64,000 nt of DNA from Geopsychrobacteraceae bacterium (GTDB lineage Bacteria > Desulfobacterota > Desulfuromonadia > Desulfuromonadales > Geopsychrobacteraceae): the NCBI GenBank assembly GCA_963662315.1, contig OY759353.1:4288001-4352000 (forward strand). The letters are read 5' to 3'. The notes beneath the pieces are model-generated. The model was not told the origin of the DNA and did not search any database. It saw only the letters and a list, made by a program, of their open reading frames with translations. Shown here in pieces: positions 38,810 through 49,747 of this stretch; positions within the stretch are counted from its first letter, which is position 1, and each line of letters opens with the position of its first letter. Both the position numbers and the translations under genes were made by a program.

Positions 38810-39658
38810 ATGGTCTGGTTTCGGAAAAAGCAAGCGGTTACCGTTTCCACGGAAAAAAAGAATGTTCAGGTTCCTGCGGGGGTCTGGTCAAAATGCAAGA
38901 ACTGCCAGGAAATTATTTACGCCAAGGAGATTGAGCGTAATCTGAATGTCTGTCCGAAGTGTGATTATCACTTCCGCATTGGAGCCCGTGAACGGATCGC
39001 GCAGATACTCGATGACGGCACCTTTGCCGAGATGGACGCCAGCATGCGTTCCGTTGACTTTCTCGATTTTAAGGATTCCAAACGCTACAAAGAGCGTATC
39101 AAGGCGGCGGTCAAAAAAGCGGGTGATGGCGATGCCGTTATCTGTGGTGAGGGGAGCCTTGACGGTATTCCCGTTGTCGTCGCTGTCTTTGATTTCTCGT
39201 TTATGGGTGGCAGTATGGGGGCTGTTGTTGGTGAAAAAATTACCCGTGCCATCGAAAAAGGCTTGGAAACCAATGCGCCTGTGCTGATCTTTTCATCGTC
39301 TGGTGGTGCCCGGATGCAGGAGAGTATCCTGTCGCTGATGCAAATGGCCAAAACCAGTGCCGCTTTAGCCAAGCTGAAAGCCGCCGGAATTCCCTATATT
39401 TCCGTTTTGACCGATCCGACAACCGGTGGCGTTACGGCAAGTTTCGCCATGCTGGGAGACTTGAACATCGCTGAACCGCGGGCATTAATCGGGTTTGCCG
39501 GACCGCGGGTTATTGAGCAGACGATTCGCCAAACCTTGCCGGAAGGGTTTCAGCGTTCGGAATATCTGCTTGAACATGGCATGATCGACATGATTGTGCA
39601 GCGTAAGGAAATGAAGCAGAAGCTGGCTCAGATTCTGCGAATCTTTTTGAAACAATAA
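38810..39658 (+). CDS. accD: Acetyl-CoA carboxylase carboxyltransferase beta subunit
   Basis: C4 zinc finger, [35 protein letters not shown]. Confidence 0.96.
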   Translation: MVWFRKKQAVTVSTEKKNVQVPAGVWSKCKNCQEIIYAKEIERNLNVCPKCDYHFRIGARERIAQILDDGTFAEMDASMRSVDFLDFKDSKRYKERIKAAVKKAGDGDAVICGEGSLDGIPVVVAVFDFSFMGGSMGAVVGEKITRAIEKGLETNAPVLIFSSSGGARMQESILSLMQMAKTSAALAKLKAAGIPYISVLTDPTTGGVTASFAMLGDLNIAEPRALIGFAGPRVIEQTIRQTLPEGFQRSEYLLEHGMIDMIVQRKEMKQKLAQILRIFLKQ

Positions 39659-39665
39659 TCAAGTA

Positions 39666-40952
39666 ATGACGAAAAGTTATCAGGAGAGTCTCGATTACCT
39701 GTTCTCTCTGCAGTTTTTTGGCATTAAGCTTGGGCTGGACAATATCCGCAGTTTGCTTGACCGGGTTGGTAATCCGCAGCAGCAGCTGCGGATTATTCAT
39801 GTGGCCGGGACCAATGGTAAAGGCTCAACCAGTGCCGCCTTAACCAGCATTCTGCATGCTGCTGGTTTTAAGACCGGTCTGTATACTTCTCCTCATCTCC
39901 ATAGCTTTACCGAGCGCATTCGGGTCAATACCAGGCAGATCAGTGAGGCTGAAGTTGTTGCCCTGATTGACACATTCCGACCCCACGCCGAACAGCTGAA
40001 AGCGACGTTTTTTGAAGTGACCACCGCCATGGCCCTATTGTGCTTTGCGCAACAGCAGGTCGACTGGGTTGTGCTTGAGACAGGCATGGGGGGGCGCCTG
40101 GATGCGACCAATGTCGTGGGGCCGGAACTGTCGATCATAACGCCAGTCGCTTTTGACCATGCCGGGTATCTGGGGGATTCCATTGCGGCTATCGCTGCTG
40201 AAAAAGTGGGTATTGTCAAGCCGGGGGTTCCGGTGGTCTGCGCCGCTCAGGACCCCGAAGCAGCGGACGTGATTCAGCAGGTATGCCGTGACCTTGGCAG
40301 CCCGTTGATCGTCGCTGGCAAAGATTTCGAGACACTCATTGCTGCTGATGGAGAGCATTTTAGTGTTGCTGAGGCCGGGCATGTTTCTGGCCCGTTCATG
40401 ACCTTTTTGCCTGGCTGCCATCAATGGCAGAACCTGGCCCTTGCCGTTGCCGCTGTTCATGTTCTGAAAGGCCTTGGTCTGGATGTTAGTGACGCTGCTG
40501 TCGCCACAGGCTTACGCACGTTGCGCTGGCCAGGACGGTTGGAGTGGCTGGCTGACCGGATTCTGATCGACGGGGCGCATAATTGTGCCGGAATGGCAGT
40601 GTTGACCGATTATCTGATGCGCAGCGAGATCTCCGGTGTGCATCTGATTTTTGGCTGTAAGGCCGATAAGCAGGCTGGCGCTATGCTAAGCACAATTTTA
40701 CCCTTTGTTGCACGCCTGTATATAACCATTCCTCCCGGTGTGGAGGCTGTTGATCCAACGTCGTTGCTTGAGAGCGCCCGGTCAGCCGGGGTGGTGACCG
40801 AAATATTTACACAACCTCGCGAAGCTTTAACGGCCGCACGGCAACTGCGTCAGCCTGGAGATATTATATTGATTGCCGGATCACTGTTCCTGATTGCTGA
40901 TTTGCGTGCCCAGCTGGTTGATAATCCGCATGTTTTAGACATTGTCGTCTGA
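39666..40952 (+). CDS. folC: Folylpolyglutamate/dihydrofolate synthase
   Basis: HVAGTNGKGS, YTSPHL, ETGMGGRLDATN, DGAHN. Confidence 0.95.
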   Translation: MTKSYQESLDYLFSLQFFGIKLGLDNIRSLLDRVGNPQQQLRIIHVAGTNGKGSTSAALTSILHAAGFKTGLYTSPHLHSFTERIRVNTRQISEAEVVALIDTFRPHAEQLKATFFEVTTAMALLCFAQQQVDWVVLETGMGGRLDATNVVGPELSIITPVAFDHAGYLGDSIAAIAAEKVGIVKPGVPVVCAAQDPEAADVIQQVCRDLGSPLIVAGKDFETLIAADGEHFSVAEAGHVSGPFMTFLPGCHQWQNLALAVAAVHVLKGLGLDVSDAAVATGLRTLRWPGRLEWLADRILIDGAHNCAGMAVLTDYLMRSEISGVHLIFGCKADKQAGAMLSTILPFVARLYITIPPGVEAVDPTSLLESARSAGVVTEIFTQPREALTAARQLRQPGDIILIAGSLFLIADLRAQLVDNPHVLDIVV

Positions 40953-40963
40953 CAGAATTCAAA

Positions 40964-43009
40964 ATGATGCTAAAAAAGATAGTATATCTCCAGCTCCTGA
41001 TATTTCTTGCTGCCACCGGATTGCCCGTGTTCGCTGCGGACTATGCGCAGCTGGGCGCCGCCAATGTGGCGGTTCAGTTGGAAGCCGATGAGCTGAGCTA
41101 TGATCAGAATCAGGGTCTCTACCGGGCCACTGGTAATGTGACTTTGACCCAGGGCGATTTTTCGGTCAGTGGTGACGCGCTGGAATGGAACCAGGTGTCG
41201 GGTGAGCTTCAGGCAGAAGGGGATGTCAAGCTGACATCGCCTGATGAAGAGCTCTCTGGAGACCGAGTTCATTATAATTTACAGCAAGGGACCGGTTTGA
41301 TCGAAGGAGGGCACTTTTTCCTGCGCAACCAGAACCTGCATGTCTACGGGGACCGTATTGAGCGGCGGGGCAAGTCGGATTATCGCATTTACGACGGGAC
41401 CTTTACCACCTGTGATGGTGAGGTTCCTTCGTGGAAGTTTGGCGCCAGCCAGCTTGATGTGACTCTGGGTGGCTACGCCAGTGCGAAAAATATGGTTTTT
41501 TATTTGAATAATGTCCCTTCCATGTATTTCCCCTATATGATTTACCCTGCCAAAACCGAACGGGAGTCGGGGCTGTTGGTCCCCGGTATCGGCTATTCAG
41601 ATAAGCGTGGCTTTCAGTACAGTGCCGCCTATTATCAGGTACTCGGGGTAAATCAGGATGCCACCCTGTATCTCGATTATCTGTCACAGATGGGGTTGGG
41701 GGAGGGTCTTGAATATCGCTATATCTTTGGTGCCAATAATGCCGGTGAAGCACGCTTTTATCATATTGATATCGATCAGGGCGATGAGCGCTATGCCGTA
41801 GCGTGGCGTCATGACGGGACCCTGCCGGGACAGGTTCGCTTGCTTGCTGACGTCAAATATGTGAATGATAATGATTATTTCAGTGATTTTGGCGGCATTG
41901 CCGGCGAGTACAATAAGGATAGTCTCGAATCAAAGCTGTTTTTGTCACGTCATTGGGGGCGCTACAGCTTGACCGGGCAGTTTCGCTATACCCAGGACCT
42001 GGAAACTGATGCTGACACGACATTGCAGTTACTCCCCCGCATTGTGTTTGATACGTCCCGCCAACAGGTAGACGAGACGCCATTTTATTATCGGTTTGCC
42101 TCTGAATACAGTCATTTCTGGCGCGAGGAGGGTCTGAGTGGCGAGCGTCTGATGCTACGGCCGGTTGTGGGTGCTGCGATCCCCTTGGGCCGTTATGTTG
42201 ACCTCGACAGCGAAGTTGCCTGGCGGGAGCGCTATTACTGGGGCTTGAGTGACGACAGTGATAATGACAACAGCGGCTCCGTTGAAATTTCGACCAAGCT
42301 GAGTATGGTGCCAGTGCAGAAAGAATATGTTGGCGGGCAGGGCTCTTGGCAACACTTGGTCTGGCCTGAAGTCTCTTACCGGTATGTTCCCGATGTCGAT
42401 CAGGAAAATCTTCCAGAATTTGATGCCTATGATCGCATTGCTGAAGAAAATCACCTTGAATATGCCCTGGTCCAGCGCCTGGTGAAAAGATTCACCTCGA
42501 GTGAAGGGGTGTTGCAGGTGAGGGATTTTGCTTATTTACGCTTTGGCCTGTTACATGACCTCAGAAGTGAAGAGGCAGGACAGCGGGTTACCGACCTGCG
42601 GAGCGAATTTCAGTTGTATCCCACCGAGTGGTTGTCATTACGCAGTGATGCAACCTTGGATACTGATGCCGGGCAGTGGGATAAGTTCGCTGCTGAGATC
42701 AGCCTTGATAGCGGGGCGGGAAACTCTCTTTCTGCCCGCTATCGTTATGACCGTGAAGAGGCCATTGAATATGCGGCAGCAGCTTTAAGCGTGGCTTATC
42801 TTAAACCTGTATATCTTAAATATCAGCAGCGTTATGACCTGACCACCAATTATGATCTTGAGCAGGAAGTTGCTGTTGAGTACCGGCATCAATGCTGGGG
42901 GGTCACATTGACCATGCGCGACCGTAAGGATGATCGTTCGTTTATGTTGTCCTTCAGCTTAAGTGGGCTGGGATCAGTCGGTGGAAACGGTACACCTGGC
43001 GGAATATAG
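40964..43009 (+). CDS. lptD: LPS-assembly outer membrane protein LptD
   Basis: Signal peptide, OstA-like N-terminus, FTTCDG..PSW, ERESGLL.P, YRHQCWG beta-barrel end. Confidence 0.88.
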   Translation: MMLKKIVYLQLLIFLAATGLPVFAADYAQLGAANVAVQLEADELSYDQNQGLYRATGNVTLTQGDFSVSGDALEWNQVSGELQAEGDVKLTSPDEELSGDRVHYNLQQGTGLIEGGHFFLRNQNLHVYGDRIERRGKSDYRIYDGTFTTCDGEVPSWKFGASQLDVTLGGYASAKNMVFYLNNVPSMYFPYMIYPAKTERESGLLVPGIGYSDKRGFQYSAAYYQVLGVNQDATLYLDYLSQMGLGEGLEYRYIFGANNAGEARFYHIDIDQGDERYAVAWRHDGTLPGQVRLLADVKYVNDNDYFSDFGGIAGEYNKDSLESKLFLSRHWGRYSLTGQFRYTQDLETDADTTLQLLPRIVFDTSRQQVDETPFYYRFASEYSHFWREEGLSGERLMLRPVVGAAIPLGRYVDLDSEVAWRERYYWGLSDDSDNDNSGSVEISTKLSMVPVQKEYVGGQGSWQHLVWPEVSYRYVPDVDQENLPEFDAYDRIAEENHLEYALVQRLVKRFTSSEGVLQVRDFAYLRFGLLHDLRSEEAGQRVTDLRSEFQLYPTEWLSLRSDATLDTDAGQWDKFAAEISLDSGAGNSLSARYRYDREEAIEYAAAALSVAYLKPVYLKYQQRYDLTTNYDLEQEVAVEYRHQCWGVTLTMRDRKDDRSFMLSFSLSGLGSVGGNGTPGGI

Positions 43010-43147
43010 GTTTCGCTTTGAAAGCTTGTGGGTTGTCTTAGGGGTATTGCTCTGCAACTCGTACCTAATTGCAAAAAAGAAAGTTGACCTTGCCTTAACG
43101 GCGTGCGAACCTGAACCCCAGTTACTGGTTGCAGGTGGAGTCGATAG

Positions 43148-43492
43148 TTGAGTTCTGAACAAGAAACTGAAGGATCTTCCAGTGGGCGGAAAAATGTGCT
43201 GACCCTGGCGCTGCTGGTGGTTATTTCGCTCATGTTTGTTTATGCCGTATTCGGCAACCGCGGTGTTCTGCGTATTCTTCAGGCCCAGAAGCAAAAAGCT
43301 CAGTTAGAGCAGCAGCTGACCGATCTGCAGATTGAACATGAAAAGTTGCGAGAAGAAATTGAACGTTTAAAAAACGATAAATCATATTGGGAACAGTTGG
43401 CCAGGACGAAACTTGGGATGGTCCGCGAAGGTGAGCTGATTTATCATATTCCCGATACTATTGCACAAGATAAGAGGCAAGTAAAAGAATGA
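43148..43492 (+). CDS. ftsB: Septum formation initiator (FtsB/DivIC)
   Basis: TM helix, coiled coil, EQLARTKLGMVREGE. Confidence 0.85.
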   Translation: MSSEQETEGSSSGRKNVLTLALLVVISLMFVYAVFGNRGVLRILQAQKQKAQLEQQLTDLQIEHEKLREEIERLKNDKSYWEQLARTKLGMVREGELIYHIPDTIAQDKRQVKE

Positions 43493-45150
43493 AAACACAA
43501 TTGCGGCAGGCCATTATGGCCGCTCTTCAAGATTGCTACGCGTCCGGCGAACTTAACAGTGGGGAACTTCCTGAAGAGATTCAACTGGAAGTTCCGAAAA
43601 ACGCTGAACATGGCGATTTTGCAACTAATCTCGCTATGACCCTGGCCAAGCCGGAGCGCAAAGCTCCGCGTCAGATTGCCGAACAGCTGGTCAAGCGCCT
43701 GCAGGAAAATCCACTGTGTGATACTGTGGACATTGCTGGACCGGGTTTTATCAATTTCAGATTGTCTGCTAAATGCTGGTATGAAGTACTTGACCAGGTC
43801 ATGACCAGCGCTGCGGACTATGGTCGCAGCAATGTTGGCAATGGTACAAAAATACAGGTTGAGTTTGTTAGTGCCAACCCTACGGGTCCTTTGCATATCG
43901 GTCATGGCCGCGGTGCTGTCGTCGGTGATGCTCTTGCTGCCGTATTGCAGGCTGCAGGGTATGATGTACAACGTGAATATTACGTTAACGACGCGGGAAA
44001 TCAGGTGGCAACCCTGGGGCGCTCGATCCTGTTACGGCTGCGCGAACTGCAGGGGGAGCAGATTGATTTTCCCGAAGATGGCTACCAGGCCGAGTATGTC
44101 ACTGATGTCGCCCGTAAGTTGCAGGCGGAAAAAGGGGATCTGCGTGGTATCGATGAGGCGGAAGCCATTGAAATCTGCTCACGCTTTGGCGTTGCCGAGA
44201 TTCTGACCTGGATCGAAACAGATCTGGCGGAGTTCGGTATTCGTTTTGACAATTGGTACAGTGAAAAAAGCCTCTATGACCGTTCCATGGTCGATCAGGA
44301 ACTGGCTAAGCTGAAAACGAAGGGGCTGTCTTTCGAGCAGGATAATGCTCTGTGGCTGCGTACAACCGAATATGGTGATGACAAGGATCGGGTGTTGATT
44401 AAATCGGACGGTAGTTACACCTATTTCGCATCTGATGTTGCTTATCATATGGAAAAATTCGATCGTGGTTTCGATCGGGTCATCGATGTATGGGGGGCAG
44501 ACCATCACGGTTATATCCCGCGCATGAAGGCCATGCTCGCCGGTCTTGGGCATGCACCGGAAGATCTTGAAGTATTATTGATCCAGATGGTCAACTTGCT
44601 GCGCGATGGGGTCCCTTTCATCATGGGTAAGCGCTCCGGTAATTTTATCACCCTGCGCGAAGTTATCGATGAAGTCGGGCGTGATGCCTGCCGCTTCTTC
44701 TTTCTTATTCGCCGCTGTGACAGCCAGCTCGATTTCGATCTGGAACTGGCCAAGCAGCAAAGCAGTGACAACCCGGTTTACTATGTTCAGTATGCCCATG
44801 CCCGGGTCTGCAGTATCAACCGCAATGCTGAAGAGGCAGGAATTTCTATGCCGGCAACCGGAGAGGTTGCTTATGAAAAATTGATTCTTCCCGAAGAACT
44901 GGCGTTGGCTCGCTTGCTGGCCCGGTTCCCGGAAACGGTAGCGGGGGCTGCAGTAAATTACGAGCCCCATCGCGTGGTGTTTTATCTTCAGGACCTTGCT
45001 GCCCAGTTCCATAGTTATTACAATCGTCAGCGGGTTCTCGTTGACGATGCAGAAACCAGTCGCGCCAGGTTGTACCTGGTCAATGCCGTCAAGGTTGTTC
45101 TTGGTAACGCACTGACTCTGTTGGGCGTATCGGCTCCGGAGCAGATGTGA
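43489..45150 (+). CDS. argS: Arginine--tRNA ligase
   Basis: EFVSANPTGPLHIGHGR, WGADHHGY, YVQYAHAR. Confidence 0.97.
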   Translation: MKTQLRQAIMAALQDCYASGELNSGELPEEIQLEVPKNAEHGDFATNLAMTLAKPERKAPRQIAEQLVKRLQENPLCDTVDIAGPGFINFRLSAKCWYEVLDQVMTSAADYGRSNVGNGTKIQVEFVSANPTGPLHIGHGRGAVVGDALAAVLQAAGYDVQREYYVNDAGNQVATLGRSILLRLRELQGEQIDFPEDGYQAEYVTDVARKLQAEKGDLRGIDEAEAIEICSRFGVAEILTWIETDLAEFGIRFDNWYSEKSLYDRSMVDQELAKLKTKGLSFEQDNALWLRTTEYGDDKDRVLIKSDGSYTYFASDVAYHMEKFDRGFDRVIDVWGADHHGYIPRMKAMLAGLGHAPEDLEVLLIQMVNLLRDGVPFIMGKRSGNFITLREVIDEVGRDACRFFFLIRRCDSQLDFDLELAKQQSSDNPVYYVQYAHARVCSINRNAEEAGISMPATGEVAYEKLILPEELALARLLARFPETVAGAAVNYEPHRVVFYLQDLAAQFHSYYNRQRVLVDDAETSRARLYLVNAVKVVLGNALTLLGVSAPEQM

Positions 45151-45169
45151 CCTTAGGGGGATAAAAATT

Positions 45170-45934
45170 ATGAGCGGGGCAACAAAAACCCGGACACAAC
45201 GCAGAATGGAAAAACGTCAGGCTATTATTTTGCTGGTTCTTGTGCTTGCGGTTTCTCTGGTCAGTTTCACCTTGGGGGTGATGATCGGTCGTCGTGGTGC
45301 AGAACGGGAACAGGCGTATCAGCAAACCCAGGTTGAGCGGGTGCTTGTTGCTGAAGCACCGGCGATACCTCCTGCGCCCGAAGGTGCCGGAAGCGATGCT
45401 GTCGATGTGCGTGAGCCTGATGTTGCCGGGGTGCCGGTTCCTGAAGAGGCCGCGGAAGATCCAAAACTGTCTTTTTACGAAGATATTTCCAAACCGGCTG
45501 CTCCTCTGGGCAGTGGCATAAACGTCGCTCTATCAACCGAAAAAGAAGCTGTTCAGCAGCCTCCGATCGCATTGCCGGAACAGCCCATTGTCGCCAAAGC
45601 AGAACCCGCACCAGTAAAAACTGTTCCTGAGCCCAAGGTGGCTGCCGCCGAGGTTAAACAGAGTGCGTCCTCAGATGGCTTGCCTGCTGCCGTTAGCGGT
45701 GGGTCCCATGCTGTGCAGGTAGGTTCCTTCAATGCAGAAAAAGATGCCAGGGCTTTACAACAGAAACTGTTGAAGCAGCACTACCCCGCCTTTGTCGTGG
45801 CTGCCGATCTTGGTGCTAAAGGGCGGTGGTTCCGTGTTCGGGTGGGGCCTTACGCCGATGCGGAAGCTGCTAAGCGGGTCCAGAAGGTTCTGGCGCAACA
45901 GGAAAACGTGAAGGGTTTTGTGTCGCGTCAGTAA
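45170..45934 (+). CDS. SPOR domain cell-division protein (FtsN-like)
   Basis: N-terminal TM, Pro/Ala linker, VQVGSF...WFRVRVGPY. Confidence 0.87.
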   Translation: MSGATKTRTQRRMEKRQAIILLVLVLAVSLVSFTLGVMIGRRGAEREQAYQQTQVERVLVAEAPAIPPAPEGAGSDAVDVREPDVAGVPVPEEAAEDPKLSFYEDISKPAAPLGSGINVALSTEKEAVQQPPIALPEQPIVAKAEPAPVKTVPEPKVAAAEVKQSASSDGLPAAVSGGSHAVQVGSFNAEKDARALQQKLLKQHYPAFVVAADLGAKGRWFRVRVGPYADAEAAKRVQKVLAQQENVKGFVSRQ

Positions 45935-46014
45935 AAAAATAGTGGGACTGGGAAAAAAAGAAATTTTTTTGATTGACATTATGGTCTCGGGGGTTTATCT
46001 TCCGGTCCTCGTAA

Positions 46015-46091
<77 letters not shown>

Positions 46092-46128
46092 AATATAAAA
46101 TCAGCCCATTAGAGTTGAATATAAATTT

Positions 46129-46205
46129 GGCGGTGTAGCTCAGTTGGTTAGAGCATGCGGCTCATATCCGCAGTGTCCGGAGTTCGAATCTCTGCACCGC
46201 CACCA
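46129..46205 (+). tRNA. tRNA-Met (CAT), probably elongator
   Basis: GGCGGTGTAGCTCAGTTGGTTAGAGCATGCGGCTCATATCCGCA...TTCGAATC...CCGCCACCA. Confidence 0.92.
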
Positions 46206-46210
46206 TCAAT

Positions 46211-46246
46211 AAAAAAGCTCTTCCTGGTTTCAGGAAGAGCTTTTTT
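46211..46246 (+). terminator. Intrinsic terminator after tRNAs
   Basis: aaaaaagctcttcctg-gttt-caggaagagctttttt. Confidence 0.85.
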
Positions 46247-46296
46247 CATTTATAGTATATTTTTACTAACCTTGGTTTCTTTACCGGCCGATCATC

Positions 46297-47679
46297 ATGA
46301 ATAATCAATCACTCGTGGCGCATGTTGAATCAGAATTGCCTTCGGATTGTCGCAATATTCTGGTTGCGGTTTCTGGTGGTGTTGATTCTGTTGTTCTGTT
46401 GCATGTCCTGTGTCAGTTACGTGAACGTCATAACCTGGAACTTTATGTGGCCCATCTTGATCATCGGATTCGGGTCGAAAGTGATACTGATGCACAGTTT
46501 GTTCTCCGGTTGTGTGAGGACTGGCAGGTTTTCTGTCGTGTCGAGCGGATGGACGTCCCCGAGATGGCAAAAGCGCAGGGCGAAAGCCTGGAAATGGCGG
46601 GTCGGCATGCGCGTCGAGCCATGTTTGCTGGATTGTCTCAGCTTTATGGTTGCGGACTTGTCGCGCTTGCTCATCATCAGGATGATCAGATTGAGACCTT
46701 CTTGTTGCGCCTGGTGCGTGGCAGTGGGCAGGCTGGCCTTGTCGGCATGAGAAAGCGGTCCGGTCTGTGGTGGCGCCCGCTGTTGGAGGTTACGCGTCAG
46801 CAGATACTGGCTTATGCTACAGAGTGTCAGCTGGAGTGGGTTGACGATAATAGCAACAGTGATCCGGTCTATTTACGCAATCGGATCCGGCATCACATTC
46901 TGCCACTGTTACGTGACATGAACCCGGCGTTTAATCAACGTACCGCGACTCTCATTGAACAGTTTCGTGAGGAAGATGATTATTGGGCGGAGCAGGTTGA
47001 CGGACAGTTTGACGACTGTGTTGTTGACACTGATGATGGCCTCCGATTGACGCGGCAGGGGCTGCTGCAGCTCCATCCTGCCCTGTGTATGCGTGTTCTC
47101 CGTGAAGCGTTGCGGCAGGTCAGGGGGGACTTGTCCGGCATTGAAAGCACTCATCTCTATGCGGTTGCTGAGATGCTCCGTGGAGAACGTAGTCAGGCTC
47201 AGCTGGATCTGCCCGGATGCTGGGTCGCCAGGCGCTATGAAACTTTATGGTTGCGTCTCTTGGCACCGGCTCCAATGCCGGACTATAATGAGCTTCTTCC
47301 TGTACCTGGTCGCCTTGAGTTGCCGAATGGCAAGGTGTTGAGCTCATCATGGCAGCTTCAGGCCCAGGGCGAGACGGCCATGTGCATTGAGCTGGATGCA
47401 CAAAGGCTAGGGCAGCCTCTTCGGGTGCGTAGCTGGAAAGTGGGCGATCGGTTTGTGCCGCTGGGGATGACCGGTAGGAAAAAAATTAAAAGCTATCTCG
47501 GGGATGCCAAGATCGAACTGGAAGAGCGCAGGAAGCTGCTGGTGCTGGTTGCCGGAGAGGAAATTGTCTGGCTGATCGGGTACAGACGTTCGGCGCTGGC
47601 CGGGGTGACCTCCGCCACTCAGAACATCTTGCGCATCGAAGTGTCTTTCTCTTCTGATTCAGGGACAAATAGCTTGTGA
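46297..47679 (+). CDS. tilS: tRNA(Ile)-lysidine synthetase
   Basis: AVSGGVDS PP-loop, AHHQDDQIET, RPLL, D.SN...YLRNRIRH. Confidence 0.95.
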   Translation: MNNQSLVAHVESELPSDCRNILVAVSGGVDSVVLLHVLCQLRERHNLELYVAHLDHRIRVESDTDAQFVLRLCEDWQVFCRVERMDVPEMAKAQGESLEMAGRHARRAMFAGLSQLYGCGLVALAHHQDDQIETFLLRLVRGSGQAGLVGMRKRSGLWWRPLLEVTRQQILAYATECQLEWVDDNSNSDPVYLRNRIRHHILPLLRDMNPAFNQRTATLIEQFREEDDYWAEQVDGQFDDCVVDTDDGLRLTRQGLLQLHPALCMRVLREALRQVRGDLSGIESTHLYAVAEMLRGERSQAQLDLPGCWVARRYETLWLRLLAPAPMPDYNELLPVPGRLELPNGKVLSSSWQLQAQGETAMCIELDAQRLGQPLRVRSWKVGDRFVPLGMTGRKKIKSYLGDAKIELEERRKLLVLVAGEEIVWLIGYRRSALAGVTSATQNILRIEVSFSSDSGTNSL

Positions 47680-47776
47680 GTCTATCTTCTTTATGATAAT
47701 TTTTTCAGCTAGTTTTAAGCATATTTTTGGTGCCTATCAGGTGCTACAGACATCCATTTAATCACTAGGGGGTCCT

Positions 47777-49747
47777 GTGAGCCAATTTCAGAAAAATTTA
47801 GCACTATGGCTGGTCATTTCTCTGTTGATGATCATGCTTTTCAATATGATGACGCAAAAGGAAACAGAGCAGAAACAGATAAACTACACGGAATTTCTGT
47901 CGGCCGTTGATGCCGGACAGGTAGGCAGTATCACCTTTCAGGGGAATCAGCTGCTCGGGGAATATAAGGATGGTAGCAAGTTCCAGACTTACGCACCGAT
48001 GGATGACGCCCTGATTCCGGAGTTGAAGAGCAAAGGGATCGTTATTGAAGCCAAACCGGTAGATGATCAGGGCTTCTGGTTTACCCTGTTGGTGTCCTGG
48101 GGGCCGATTCTGTTGCTGATCGCGGTCTGGATTTTCTTTATGCGCCAAATGCAGTCTGGCGGCGGTAAAGCCATGAGTTTTGGCAAAAGTAAAGCCAAAC
48201 TGCTGACAGATACTCAGGGGCAGGTGACTTTTAAAGATGTTGCCGGTGTCGACGAAGCAAAACAGGAACTGGAAGAGGTTGTCGAGTTCCTGAAGGATCC
48301 CAAAAAATTTACCAAGCTGGGCGGCAAGATCCCGAAAGGGGTGCTGTTGGTTGGTTCTCCAGGTACTGGTAAGACCTTGCTGGCACGTTCCGTTGCCGGG
48401 GAGGCGGGGGTCCCGTTTTTCACTATCTCCGGTTCCGATTTCGTTGAGATGTTTGTCGGTGTCGGTGCCAGCCGGGTTCGCGACCTGTTCCTGCAGGGGA
48501 AGAAAAACGCTCCCTGTATTATTTTTATTGATGAGATCGATGCTGTCGGTCGCCATCGTGGTGCCGGTCTTGGCGGTGGCCATGATGAGCGTGAGCAGAC
48601 TCTGAACCAGTTGTTGGTTGAGATGGATGGTTTCGAGTCGAATGAGGGGGTTATTCTGGTTGCGGCAACCAACCGCCCGGATGTCCTTGACCCTGCTTTG
48701 CTCCGTCCTGGTCGTTTTGACCGTCAGGTTGTTGTACCACGTCCAGATGTTAGGGGGCGTCACAAGATTCTTCAGGTCCATTCCCGTAAGGTTCCATTGG
48801 CAGACAATGTTGATCTTGAAATCGTCGCCAAAGGAACGCCTGGTTTCTCCGGTGCGGATTTGGCCAACCTGATCAATGAGGGGGCTTTGCTTGCTGCCCG
48901 TGCCAATAAGGTCAAGGTTGATAAAGACGACCTGGAAATGGCTAAAGACAAGGTGCTGATGGGGGCCGAGCGCCGGTCGATGGTAATTACCGAGGAAGAG
49001 AAGAAGGTGACAGCATATCATGAGGCTGGACATGCTCTTGTATCGTTATTGACTCCTGGTTCTGATCCGGTTCATAAGGTTTCAATTATTCCGCGCGGCC
49101 GTGCTATGGGTGTGACCATGTACCTGCCCAGCGAAGAAAAATATAATGAAACAGCAAAAGGGCTGAATATTCGTATCCGCGCCATGCTGGGCGGCCGAAT
49201 TGCTGAAGAGCTGACCTTCGAGTCAGTGACCAGCGGTGCCAGCAATGACCTTGAACGGGTCACAGCCATCGCTCGCAAGATGGTATGTGAATGGGGGATG
49301 AGCGAAAAAATCGGACCTTTGACCTTTGGCGAGAAGGAAGGCGAAGTATTCCTTGGCCGCGATATGGGGCATACCAAAAACTACAGTGAGTCGACTGCCG
49401 TCGATATCGATAATGAAATCCGACGGATTATCATTGAAAACTACGAACTGACCAAGAAGCTGCTGAACGAGCATCGGCAGCAGTTAGTCGATCTGTCCGA
49501 ACTGTTGCTGGAAAAAGAAACTCTCGACGGACGTGAAGTCATTGATGTTGTTTTCCCTGATGGCGCGCCTGAATATCTGCTTCCCAAACAGATTGAAGCA
49601 GAACAGGAAAGTGGCTTTATTGCCGAGGGTGTGCATGCCGAGGGCGCTGTTCGGGATAGTGAGTCGGCTGCTGCCGCTCAACCTGAACAGACGAGTGCTG
49701 AACCCGTTGCTGAACCGGTTGTCCCAGAAGACGAGGTTCCCCAATAG
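47777..49747 (+). CDS. ftsH: ATP-dependent zinc metalloprotease FtsH
   Basis: [40 protein letters not shown]. Confidence 0.97.
   Translation: MSQFQKNLALWLVISLLMIMLFNMMTQKETEQKQINYTEFLSAVDAGQVGSITFQGNQLLGEYKDGSKFQTYAPMDDALIPELKSKGIVIEAKPVDDQGFWFTLLVSWGPILLLIAVWIFFMRQMQSGGGKAMSFGKSKAKLLTDTQGQVTFKDVAGVDEAKQELEEVVEFLKDPKKFTKLGGKIPKGVLLVGSPGTGKTLLARSVAGEAGVPFFTISGSDFVEMFVGVGASRVRDLFLQGKKNAPCIIFIDEIDAVGRHRGAGLGGGHDEREQTLNQLLVEMDGFESNEGVILVAATNRPDVLDPALLRPGRFDRQVVVPRPDVRGRHKILQVHSRKVPLADNVDLEIVAKGTPGFSGADLANLINEGALLAARANKVKVDKDDLEMAKDKVLMGAERRSMVITEEEKKVTAYHEAGHALVSLLTPGSDPVHKVSIIPRGRAMGVTMYLPSEEKYNETAKGLNIRIRAMLGGRIAEELTFESVTSGASNDLERVTAIARKMVCEWGMSEKIGPLTFGEKEGEVFLGRDMGHTKNYSESTAVDIDNEIRRIIIENYELTKKLLNEHRQQLVDLSELLLEKETLDGREVIDVVFPDGAPEYLLPKQIEAEQESGFIAEGVHAEGAVRDSESAAAAQPEQTSAEPVAEPVVPEDEVPQ

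Noticed and set aside
46129..46205. tRNA-Ile2 (CAU) as TilS substrate next to tilS
   Set aside because: The GGCGGTG acceptor stem resembles elongator tRNA-Met; isotype-specific models would be needed to confirm.
47804..49033. 409-aa antisense ORF in ftsH (also 36210-37142, 33185-34039 and similar)
   Set aside because: Antisense shadows of conserved genes, with no motifs or RBS.
49620..49745. Short repeats in the ftsH 3' end (gccgaggg, tgctgaacc)
   Set aside because: Ordinary low-complexity acidic tail.
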